A stretch of DNA of 64,000 nt from positions 21,439 through 85,438 of the forward strand of contig NW_005434640.1 in assembly GCF_000315625.1 (NCBI RefSeq), read 5' to 3'. This DNA comes from Guillardia theta CCMP2712. Taxonomy: Eukaryota; Protista; Cryptophyta. The notes below the pieces were generated by a model, which was not told the DNA's origin, did not search any database, and was given only the letters and a program-made list of their open reading frames with translations. Shown here in pieces: positions 24,464 to 35,418 of the stretch. A program made the position numbers and the translations under genes. The stretch's first letter is position 1. The number at the start of each line of letters is the position of its first letter.

Positions 24464-24905
24464 CCTACCGTACTTAGCGCGCGAGCTCAGAGCTCATATG
24501 ACTAACACCATGTTCACTATTAATTGATGAAAAGTTTGTTTGACCGTACCGTATCATGTACTACGGTTTGTCCGGTGACTCGCTGCTTCACACAGAGTCA
24601 CCTGGTTCCCGCCCTCCCCAGCAACGGGGGCCGTTGGACACCGTCACGGACGGTGGGCCGGGCGCTGTACGGCGGACTCAGGGCCTTCCGGAGTCCCGGA
24701 CGAACTCAGCGGACTATGGCGTGTCAAGCCGCTGAGCCACCGCCTCTCAATGATCAGGCTCCGACCTCCCAGTCCTGATTCAGTGTCCTCAGTCCGACCG
24801 TCCGAGTGGCCGTACTGATATTTAATTAACTTAACTTTGAGTAAAGATAGCAGCAAGGATAAAAGGAATGGCTTGACCGGGCGCATTGAGGCCAGGGAAG
24901 GCGAG

Positions 24906-26044
24906 ATGGCGGGAAGGGAGAGCCTGCTCCTGATGCAGCTCGTCATGCTGCTCGTGCTCCTGTCAGCTCATGGCACATCTGAACCTCATGTGGGGAAGCA
25001 TGGCTATCAAGCCTTGAGGTGCGGCAGAGGAACCGGTCTTGCCTTGAGGGGAGGTGGCCAGGTAGCGAGTGGGGAGGAGCTGCATGGAAATGTTGTGGCG
25101 GCGGGGAATCATGGAGACGAACCTGAGGAGGAGGAATACATCCAAGGGAAGACTTTCTGGAGCTTTCCAGGAGAGAACTTCATGAACAACGCAACAGCAC
25201 TCTATGCCACACAGGAGGAGGCCCACGTAACTCAAGAGATGAAGCTCATGTATGAAATCATGTACTCCAGTCAAGGTAAAGATGGGTAAAGATGCTGTGC
25301 CGACGGTAACTGTGCCGATGGCTTGTTCTGGCAGAGATCAACAAGAGCCTCGTCGACATGGAGGGAGCTGAAGACTGGCTGATCCAGCTGGACGCTTCCT
25401 GCACAAGGTTCATATCCAGCATGTGGTACCTAGCGGCAAAGAAGTTCGATGAGTTGGAGCTCGCACATGTCATGACGAGGTATTGCTTTGCCGGCTCTTC
25501 TGATCCTCAACCATGCTCTGGCAGGCCAACGTCCGTTCCATCTGTGAGTGCTTCAAAGAAGAACTTCCTCGCTGTCTTGGAGCACGTTCTCGACGCTGCC
25601 TCGGGCAAAGACTGCGAGGAAGAGCACGAGTGTTTTCTTGCTAAGCACCTCCTTCTGAGTAGCACAACAGACATGGCCATGGCTAACTTCCGTTGTCACC
25701 TCTACCATTTTCGCGCTGCATGGACAGAAAGCATGAAGAACGCAACTCACAGGGAGGACTTGATCCGGAGGGTGCAGAGCAAGGTCTTCAGTTTAGCCCT
25801 GGGAAAAGTCCTTGGCAGCTCAGGCGAGTCCCCTGTGGGCCGGAGCTCGTTCCAAGCTTTGCTGCTTGCTCTAAGAAACAGCTCCGGCTCTAGGGATGAC
25901 AGCGAGCAGGCCTCGACCGCGAAGAGGAGGCTGAAAGGGCCGTTCGAACGAGCCGTCGACAGGATCTTTGACGCAGAGGATGCAACTTTCAAAGAGATGA
26001 GACAACGATGGGAACGAATCGTCAATCCTGACGGGAAGGGGTGA
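24906..26044 (+). CDS. Signal-peptide protein with an LRGG motif, unknown function, 2 exons
   Basis: MAGRESLLLMQLVMLLVLLSAHG signal peptide; ALRGGG about 45 aa in; intron about 25274-25334; second exon open to 26044. Confidence 0.65.
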
Positions 26045-27001
26045 GTAGAAGCTGAATTTCCTTGAATCTCACTTGCATTGGTTTCTCCTCGGGAAAGGTC
26101 GTGAGAGTCCTTGGCAGGTATTGTCACTCTTCTCAGCCGCTTCCCCACCCTGTTGATCATTCCGATGAGGCCGAGCCAATTACTAAAACGAAGGCTACGG
26201 CCGGCTTGCATGCAGAGTGGTAGGGGGCCGCCGCGCGGCAGCCGGGCGGGGTCCCGGCGGGGTGCCCTGCCCGGCCGCCGGGCCGCGAGCGGCCTCCGAC
26301 GGCGGACTCCCGGCTGGCAGGCTGCGGCCAAGGCAACCCGGCGAGGGCCGACTGACAGTGAGCTCTGGCAAGCCCAGACAATTCAGCTTCATCCACGATC
26401 TGGAGGAGAGCGAGAGGAACTTCGAAGAGGCTCAAGGACAACGCGGCGCGCCGCACGGAGTCCGATCGGATCGTATCATCCGATCATCGGGCACTGGCAG
26501 CCTGGCCTGACTCTCAGTCACGCCGGGTCGGGGGCGGCCCGGCCGGGCCGGGCCACTGAGCGGCAGCCGCTTTTGCAGTTACCAAACCGTTATCAATTTG
26601 CAACCCCCAATTTTATACGTAAAGGTCGGCGCTGATAATGGGGGGCTGTTTGGTCGTAACATGCAGCCAGCAAGTCAGAAGATGGTGAATGCGTGAAGAG
26701 AGATGTACGCAAGATGAAATATAGCTCTAGATCAGGACAATCTTACTTGCTCTCCTACACTCACTGCGTCATGAATAGCGAGTAGTGCTCAAACTGTTGT
26801 GTCGATTGCCGTTTCCTCTGCAGGTTCTGACTGTATGAAAGATACGAGAAATAGGAGCAACAGAATGGAAGATGGAGGATCTGCAGATTGAGAAACTTAG
26901 ATCAGTAGGTGAAAAATGCGATCGTTCACGGAATCTTGAATCTTAGCTTTTCTAATTTTATTCCACATCGTTGACCTTCTCATAACTCTCAACTTCCTAG
27001 G

Positions 27002-27518
27002 ATGGAAAAAACTCACGCTGTCGTCGCCCTCGTCCTTTTGGCTTCCATTGGATTGGTACAGTCCTTCTCTGTCAATGGTATAGAACGCTATGCTGATCCT
27101 CCATGCTGAAATCTTTACCTGAACAGCCCCGGCATTTGGGCTCAAGTCCTGCAACTTCGCCACCATGAAGTGCGAGCGGGTGATGATTGTAATGACTCTT
27201 GCTCTTGTAACAAGCTCGCAGTCAAGCCTGGTCCGGCCTCTCAGGATGGCTGATGAGCCGCTCTATGAGGACGATATCGACGCCCCACCCACAAAACCTG
27301 GGGTGAAGCAGGGCGGCATCAGCGACAGCATGCGAGCGAAGCTGCTCAAGGAGAACCAGGCGCTCGGTGGCGACCCTGATGCTGCGTGAGTGCATCCGAT
27401 TTTTGTTCTAGCTGGGCTGCTGATGAGTGAACTTACCAGGTCTGTGAACTGGGCCGTCGTCTTCGCTGTGATCATTGGATCGCTTGCCGTCGTCGGCAAC
27501 TTGTTTGGAGCCTTTTAA
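27002..27518 (+). CDS. Small plastid-targeted single-TM protein, 3-4 exons
   Basis: MEKTHAVVALVLLASIGLVQS-F (signal peptide + Phe), transit-like segment, then ISDSMRAKLLKENQALGGDPDA and TM VNWAVVFAVIIGSLAVVGNLF. Introns 27078-27126 and about 27386-27439. Confidence 0.75.
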
Positions 27519-28004
27519 TGTTCTTTAGCCTCTACCATGAGGGCCATTTTATTCTAAAGATGCCTTGCTTGTGGAGCCTCATTGTTGAATGGGCAGTGCC
27601 CCAGTATCAACATGAACCTTTTTGCGAACTGCTTCACCATGAAACTTCCGGCCCATGATCAGCAGGACTTGCTTATTACCAATACTTTTGATATATGTGG
27701 TGCACTCGATGCTTTCGGCTACAGGAACCAGCATTCCAGACCTGACAGCATTAAGGATCTTCGATCAACTCCTATGCGCATGGCTTTGGAAAAGCTTTCT
27801 AGCACAAAATGCGTTTTACTGAAATTGGCCATATGAGGATAAAATACAAGAAATAACTCTTTTGGTAGCCAGTCGACCAAAGAGAGGCGGCAGCTACCTC
27901 TACAACTATAAGAAGTGGGCTATGTTACAAGTCGGGTTGAAATTCCAAAAAGCACGCATGTCAAAACAGAAATCAGCATATCTTCGTATCTTCGTTAAAT
28001 GCAT

Positions 28005-28692
28005 TTAAGGGGCGTCGTCCATGTTAGCATCTTCCACAAACCATTTGATGAACGACTGCTCCAATGGAACATCCTCAAAATCTTTCAGCCCCTCAGCCAC
28101 GTCGTTGTCATTGCTCTCCTGACTTGACCACGACTCAGTCCTCATTGTCGTATTGTCTGCGTCGGTCCGGGACCATTCTGAGGAGCTGTCGTTATCAAGT
28201 TCCTCGTCCTCTTGATCGTCTGCGTCAGGTGCTGACTTGACATGAAGCTCGATCTCAGGCGATGGCTCGTCATCCACCAACTTCCGTGTCGAGGCATGGG
28301 CTCTGTCCTTGCTCAATTCAGGCGGAGATGACGAGTTGATGTCAAATCTCGGGCGCTGCCTCGAATATGGCCATCTTGTCACTCCAAGTCGTCTACAAGC
28401 CTTCTTCATGGCAGTGAGAGAGATTCCCTGTTTGATTGTCAGTAACAAATTTCAGCAGAAGAACGTGACAGAATCTCACCAAGAGCTGGGCTGCTTCAAC
28501 CTGTCTCAAGTGGAACAAATTCTTCACGTCCTCCAGGGAAAGACTTCTTGCAGTGTAAAGATCTCGTGCTTTAGCCTTCTTCTTTTGTGGAGATGAAAGA
28601 TCGCTAGATGGGGATTCCGGTAGGGTTGAAACCAGGAAATTTTTGAAGGTACAAGATCCAGAGGATTGAGGTTCTTCTGTTGCTACACACAT
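28005..28692 (-). CDS. RWP-RK domain transcription factor, 2 exons
   Basis: LSLEDVKNLFHLRQVEAAQLL|GISLTAMKKACRRLGVTRWPYSR, followed by an acidic tail. Confidence 0.92.
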
Positions 28693-28862
28693 TCTTTCTG
28701 GAAGATACCGGCAAACTCGATGTTCAACAGTGTCGCTGGTGGAAACGAGAGGGAGGGAGGGGAGCGAAAAGTGACGGGAACGATATGCAGGGGCCGAGTA
28801 TGCCGGGAGAGAACACAGGAACAAGTTGAGGGCAGCAGGAGCAAGTCAGCAGGGGAGAACCC

Positions 28863-28875
28863 CTTTATATATAGC
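28863..28875 (-). promoter_or_regulatory. TATA box of the RWP-RK gene
   Basis: gctatatataaag on the minus strand, followed by a CT-rich leader, about 175 bp upstream of the ATG. Confidence 0.6.
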
Positions 28876-30557
28876 TTCCCTCTCACCTTCCAAAGGCATC
28901 CCCGAAAACGAGGGTTTTCGGGAGCAGTACGCGAAATCACTCCTCTTCAACCGCTGGGAGGACGCGTCTCCTCGAAGATCTCAACGATTCGGAGTAGGCG
29001 CGCTCTTACGTCCTCTGGAGAGGTCGTACCAACCCCAACTTCTCCCCGAATTCTACGGCCCGGTACCCCTCCCCCCAATCTTGCCTACCCCTACCCCCCT
29101 AGGCAAGAACACGGCAGCTCATGGCCTTGTTTTGAGGGCCCTCTATCTTTCTGATCCATCTCACGATAAATATGGTACCCCCTCCCCCTCACTTGAGGGG
29201 AATAGCACCCCACCCCCTCAGCGCGAGGTCACCAACATCTCCCCGCTGACTTCATCTACGGCTGACCTTTTTTGCTTCAAGAAACCAAACTTGAAAGGTA
29301 CTAGTGTCTAGTACCGGCATCTTTTAGTACTCAAAGTACCGACATGACCTTGCATGGCATGCATGATGTCCACAGCTGTCCAGACGAGAATCGATGATCA
29401 CGCTCGTCACAGAGCGGCTCGGTGACCGGGCGTACCGTACGGTCACTCACCGTACCCGGTAGGGCCGCCGGACTCGGGAACCGTACTACTAGTCGGCCCG
29501 GGGCCAGTCACACTTCAGTTCACAGAGTCAAGTGTTACGCCGCCGGCCGGCGGTCGGAGTTTCGGATTCCGACGGCGGACCGTGCCCGTGAAGTTCCGCC
29601 GGCCCGGCCGAGGGCCCGGGCAGGGGCCGCCGGAGTTTCGGAGTTGGTTTGTATTAACTTTCAACTTTACTTTCACTCATCTTGGCAAACTTCGTTACTA
29701 TCCGACAATTTACAGCTGAAAAATCCGTACCGGCGGAGTCCCGGATCCGGTGACTCTGACTCAGTCACCCGACGCCGGCACTGCGGCCTCCGGGAGTCCG
29801 GACCGTACTACGGGCACGGTACGGTACCACTCGGAGCCCGGGCTAGTACGGTGAGTCAAGTTCGGAGTTGGTTTGTATTAATTTTCAACTTTACTTTCAC
29901 TCAACTTGGCAAAGTTAATTTACCGTTCAGAAAAATCCGGGACGGTACGGTGGCGAGTCTGACTCCGCCGCTCGCGAGGACCGTGAATTGAATGAGGGGG
30001 AGAGAAGACTCGCCGGCGTCGCACTGTCCGATCAACCAACGTCAACCGGCCTCATGACCTGCCGACCGATCGGACTGATGTCCTACAGTACCGTACCGTC
30101 GTACGGTACCGTAGTACGGTACTACTGATGCACTGGGCCGCGAGCCAGGGGCCGCCCGGAGTTTCGGAGTCGCCGTGCCCGGCCGGGAACTTTCGGAACT
30201 TTCGACAGTGCACCTTGCAATTTGCGATCATCAACTTAGTTTGCTCCTGAAACTTTTTAAGATCTCAAAGTTTGCGCATTGAGGTTCGAAGCGTTTCGAA
30301 TTGCCAGATTGGTCAGGCCATGAGGTATCGTGACATGAAGGCTTCGTTGTCGTGGCCATCTCAGGGAGGGGTCCTTTCATCCCCTTCAGTACCGCACCCC
30401 ACCTCTCCACGACATAGCGAAAGGCCACGATTTCGCTGTCTGTTTAAGAACATTTTAATTTCAAGGGCGTAATATGTCTCCGCTAAGGGGGCGGAGGGAC
30501 GTATTTTGGGGGGTGGTTTGAAAGGGAAGGGGGAGGGTGCTCAGCGGCTGAGCTCGG

Positions 30558-30566
30558 TTATAAAAA
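30558..30566 (+). promoter_or_regulatory. TATA box of the PH-domain gene
   Basis: ttataaaaa about 60 bp upstream of ATG 30622. Confidence 0.6.
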
Positions 30567-30621
30567 CCAATTAGGTGGACGAGCTGGCCAGGGAAGTAGT
30601 GAAGTCGGGCAGCACAGGAGC

Positions 30622-31404
30622 ATGGACGCTACAACGGAGAGAAGATTCGTTGTCGGAACTGATGCTGGGATCAAGAAGGCAAACGTCCCTGCTCTGCGAC
30701 TGGTATCGCGGGACAGATCTCTGAGCCTTTCGGAGGCAGCGAAGAAGCAGCTGCAGGCTCTTGGCGCAATCGACGACTTTGAGGGCAACGTGAATATCGA
30801 GTCTCCTTTTGATCTCAACGTCGACCACCGCAAGCGCAAAACGTTCAAGGACGAGGACGAAATGGCTTCCTGGATACAGGACATGTTTCTAGGATATAGG
30901 TCTCCGAACACATCTCCCAGGCGTTATTTGCACCATCTCGATCACCCCTCGGTGAAGTCCAGCGCAGAAAACCATACAAGGAGAACGGGAAAGGCTGGAA
31001 GAGAAGAAAAATCTTCTTCAAACGATATGTTTAGCGCTCCCGTGGCTGAAATTTTGAAAGGAACCCTGGAGATCCGTGACTCGATCGAGGCGGACAGGGG
31101 GATGAAGGTGCACTGTTCCCTCACCGCCGACGGCCTCCAGATCTCTTCGGCTGAAGAAGCGAAAGAGATGGGAAACTTGAAACTAGAAGAAACATTCGTG
31201 ACGGTCTTTGAAGAGCATGAATGCCTGTTCATGCTCGGGACTAGGAGGTCCTCATTGCTTTCGAAGAACAAGACCCAGGAGAAGGACTGGATCTTCTTCG
31301 CGTGCGCCAACGAGCTTGAGAAGAAGGCATGGGTCAGGAACTTGCAAAACAGCGGATCAAGACTTTATCGAGGAAATGCAAAGGACATGTCTCGGATCAA
31401 GTAG
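30622..31404 (+). CDS. PH-domain-containing protein, intronless
   Basis: C-terminal pattern ILKGTLEI..HCSLTADGLQI..FFACANELEKKAWVRNLQ (PH C-terminal helix with conserved Trp). Confidence 0.75.
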   Translation: MDATTERRFVVGTDAGIKKANVPALRLVSRDRSLSLSEAAKKQLQALGAIDDFEGNVNIESPFDLNVDHRKRKTFKDEDEMASWIQDMFLGYRSPNTSPRRYLHHLDHPSVKSSAENHTRRTGKAGREEKSSSNDMFSAPVAEILKGTLEIRDSIEADRGMKVHCSLTADGLQISSAEEAKEMGNLKLEETFVTVFEEHECLFMLGTRRSSLLSKNKTQEKDWIFFACANELEKKAWVRNLQNSGSRLYRGNAKDMSRIK

Positions 31405-31889
31405 TTGGAATATGTAGATTCCCCAACTATCTTACATTATTTTTCCTGTACTCATACTCTTACTGTTACCAAGTAAACTTCTACGCCATATGAACAGTGT
31501 GAAGAAAATCATCATTTCCCTGTACGGGATCGCCAAACATTCAGACGCTAATGCGGCAACCTTCTCAAGATACCTGACCTCGAGAAAGAAGGCTATGCAG
31601 CTTGAAAGCCTCTTGAGGCATCTACTATCAAACTCCGCTGATGACAGACTATCAAACTCCGCTGATGACTATCAAACTCCGCCGAGGAAGGTGCCACAGT
31701 AATGAAGAACCTTTTCGAATGTGCAAAACACAAATGATACATATTTTGAAGTATTGGCACAAAGAGTATTCGGAGAGATCGAAATAATTGTTTATTGTGC
31801 CACATTAGAATCTAAGGTGTGAAGTGTACACACGTGCTCATGAGAGACACGTTTCAAGTATATAACGCATTAGGCGTGATAAAAACATG

Positions 31890-32099
31890 TCACATCTGGC
31901 ATGACAAAGACCTCTCTAGTCTAGGCTCTAGTTGAAACTTCCTTCCTGGCAGCGATCTGTCGACACTTTCGCAAGCATCGTCAGAGCTGATCTTCTTAGC
32001 AGGCTTCCTATGCACGTTCCTCAGCCATGCCATGCATCTCATCATGAATTTTTTTGACGCTCCTGCCTTGTCGCGCATGTGAGATTGCTTGCTCATCAT
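31890..32099 (-). CDS. Small basic orphan protein (69 aa)
   Basis: ATG-initiated ORF preceded by a CT-rich leader and a TATAA at about 32293-32298 on the minus strand. Confidence 0.4.
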   Translation of the reverse strand: MMSKQSHMRDKAGASKKFMMRCMAWLRNVHRKPAKKISSDDACESVDRSLPGRKFQLEPRLERSLSCQM

Positions 32100-32730
32100 T
32101 CAATCTCGTTCTCGTCTTGTCGTTGGATTGAGGACGAGCGCCCGTTTCTTTGACGAGAGAATAATGGAGGCGTGAATGAGGGATGGAAGGAGCAGGGATC
32201 AGGTGGAAGGATCAGGAGGAAGGATCAGGAACAGCAGCAGGAGCAGCAGGAGCAGCAGGAGAAGGGGTTGGCAGAGGGATAGGGTCTCGTGCTTATAACA
32301 GGTCACATTTGCCTCCTTGGCGAGATATACCCCACCCTAATTCTTGAGTACCCACCCTTAATGTACACAGAAATTTGATGTAAAATTCACCCCATTTCTT
32401 CTACCCCTACCACCTCAATGGATTTGAAACTGAGGGTCGGGAGGTTGAGGCTGCTTGAGGTGAGAAGGGACGAGGCTGCGACCGTTGAAGGAGTCGAAGG
32501 CGAAGGGTGAGGAGATGAAGAGGGCAGGGAGAGGGAGGTGAACTCGTCTCCTTTCAGTATCACTCCGCGTTGCAGCGTCGCTACTCAGGTCGAATTACAC
32601 GTAACTTGCAGGGGTCAACGATCTAGTCACGGTAGCGAAAACTCCGTCGCGGCGGCCCAGCCGGCCTGCGGCGGCCCCGGCGACTGGTGACGTCGGCGGA
32701 CGGTACAGTGAGCTGTCATGTGCTGTGAGC

Positions 32731-34301
32731 TCACTGGCGGCCAGCGCTCTGCGAGCTGGCCCAGAGCGACTGGAAGTACTGGAGGCTATCAAACCCTCTC
32801 CTGGTCAGGCGAGCCGCCTGCTCCTTCACGTTCTCGTACGTCTGGTTGAGCTCCTCGATGTCCTGCCAGTCCTTCAGCTCTCCTGCCCACCTCTCAACTT
32901 TGAAGCTTTCACACGCCTTTGGAGGATGCTCCACCAGCCTCAACGCGTCCTGAGTAGAAGGGGTCGCGTCCCCGCAGCAGCGCCTGGTGACCTCGTAGGA
33001 CCGCTTCAAAGCCTCCTGGGCTCCAGCTTGGTTCTTCCTCGACAACCGCAGCTGCGTGCACCAAGTTAGAGGTCGCGCGCTCTCCTCCTACCGTTGACCT
33101 GGGCCACGTTGTCCCACCAGATCGCCTTGGTCGGATGAAACTTTGGGAGGACCTTTGAGGCTGTCAGAGCTACCAGAGGGATTAGGATGGAACGGGCCTG
33201 ATCCGCCCCCTTCAGGACCCTCAGCCATATCTCCTCTGCGCTTCCATCCGCAACTGCCTAGGAGAACGTCAGTTTCGAAAGAGGTGATTAACATCATTGT
33301 TGTCAACAATTGTTCTTATCATCGTTGCCATCGTGCATGATATCAACACCACCCTTGTACAATCATCATCGTCACCATCTGTATCAATATCTCGATCGCG
33401 CACATCTGAACTCTCTATCAGCACCTCCTCGTCCTTAGCGTACACACTCCCAAGCTCTCGCAGAGCCTCCAACACAATATGGTGCGTCTCGTGAAACACG
33501 TCATGCTGTAGCACAAGTCAAGGAAGATGAGGAGAAGGAGAAGAGGATACTTCAAGGATCTCCTCTACTTCTTCCAAGTCCTGCAAACAGCAGCCACAAT
33601 GTCAGTCACCATGCCGCTACCAGCTCAACCCCTCTCAGCTACCTCAGGCCCTTCCTCCATCAAGGCTTTCTCAATCTCAAGGAACCTCTAGCAACGGGGA
33701 TGTCAGAACACAACATTCTTGATTGCCGGTCAAAAATTTCAGCACCTTCCTGGACTTTTTGTCCAGTTGAGACTTGCACTTTTCACAGACCCAATCACTG
33801 GGTTTGGAGCCCTCGCCCAATGGGCACACCTGGCGTCCATCGTTCAGTCTGAGTTGTCAGAACTTACATCTTGTCCTCTACCTTCCCCTTGCACTGTTTC
33901 ACCGGGCAGATGAAAGCCCTCATCACATCCGGCAAGGTAGTGCAGCGCGGGCAAAGACACAGGAAGTCATAGGAGTCCTTCAAGAGCTTTCTGCAAGGCG
34001 AATCAGACCCAAGGAACTCAGGGCAACAGGGATGGAAAACCTCCGGACGGCCGTGGGCTCGAAGGTGGAGTCGTTATAGTCTATCGACAGGCTTTCACCC
34101 TTCTTGATGGAATTCTACCAACAAGGCAGAGTCAGGTGGAGAAATAGGCTGGAGTGAGATCCCTATCGGGCAGAGCAAAACGAAAATGATAAGAGAGGAG
34201 ATGCGAAGAAATGGCTCTTGAGTAGATGGACTTCAAGAGAAGGAGAATGAGAAGAAGAAGGAAAAGGAGAAGAATGAGGGGGAGGAGGAGGGGGAGGAGG
34301 A

Positions 34302-34332
<31 letters not shown>

Positions 34333-35309
34333 AGAAGGATCAGGAGTGGAATCATCGATATTACCAGCGCTGTTACCCAGAGTTGAGTTCCATAGGTGGA
34401 GAAGTTGCAGTTCGGTGCGCAGCTGTGCTCCATCAAGCACCCCAGCAGGAACAGCCCGCTGCCCCCCCACTCCCCCAGCTCGTGGGAGTTGGTGTTGAGG
34501 ATCGAGAGCATCCTAGCTGCATCCTCGTCCGAGACAGTCGGGGGGATGATCGCCTTGGCCACTTTGTGCTTCCTGACAGCACTGACCGCCTTCCTGCAGC
34601 TCTCCATGTTCGCAGCTGTGCAAGGGCTCAGGTGGACCATCACTGCTGGGTCTGAGCTGGACTTGCTCAGGAGCTTGATGAACCTCCTCGCGCTGTCTAG
34701 CTCTTCGATGCTCTCGAGGCCCTCCAGGAACCTTTCGATCTCCTCCATGTTGGCAGCGACTGCAGGGGGGTACTTGTGCTGGACCCTGCTGCACTCGGAG
34801 CTGCGGTGGGGCTCGTGGCATTCGATGCAGCGGTGCGCGTGCCAAGAGGCAGCGACGAGCGGCTCCTCCTCGAGAATGATCTCTCCTGCCTCGATGTCCC
34901 TCGCCGCCACCATGATCCTGCCTTTCACCGGGCAATGGCCGACGTGCCATGCCAGCGATGAGTTATGGGGTTGATGCTTGCTCTTGGACATGTGGCGAGC
35001 GGTCCCATGTGCCTTCCCCCCTTTCCCATCCCCTTCATGAGCATCTTGCGGCTGATACGTCTCCTCCTTATCTTTCTCGCGCTTCTTCTTCCCTTTCTTC
35101 CCCTCCTGATCCCTCGCCCTCGCGCCTCCCTTCTCCCTCACTTCCTTCACGCCCTGCCCTTCTCCTCCTTGCTTCAGCTTCTCCTTGTTCTCCTTCTCGT
35201 CCCTCCTCCTCTTCTCTTCGATCACTCTCCGCCAGTACTCCTCCTCCTCCCGCTCCTTCACCACGTTCTCCCTGATCCGCTTCTTGCAGCCCAGCCCGCG
35301 TTTCCCCAT
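32731..35309 (-). CDS. SMYD-like SET-domain protein (putative lysine methyltransferase), multi-exon
   Basis: KGRIMVAARDIEAGEIILEEEPL; GLFLLGCLMEHSCAPNC; IKKGESLSIDY; post-SET YDFLCLCPRC; further CxxC pairs; basic N-terminus. Confidence 0.88.
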
Positions 35310-35418
35310 TATCGGGGGCTGATGGGACAGTACCCCTCCTTGTTTAGTACCCCCTGTCTTCAGGTAATAAATACCCCTCCAATCGTTCAGCCCTCATCCC
35401 CAGTCAAGTTCACGTGCG

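Noticed and set aside
29422-29991. Arg/Pro/Gly-rich ORFs in GC islands (also 13490, 26111, 48618)
   Set aside because: Stop-poor because of high GC; mostly non-ATG starts; no domain-like content.
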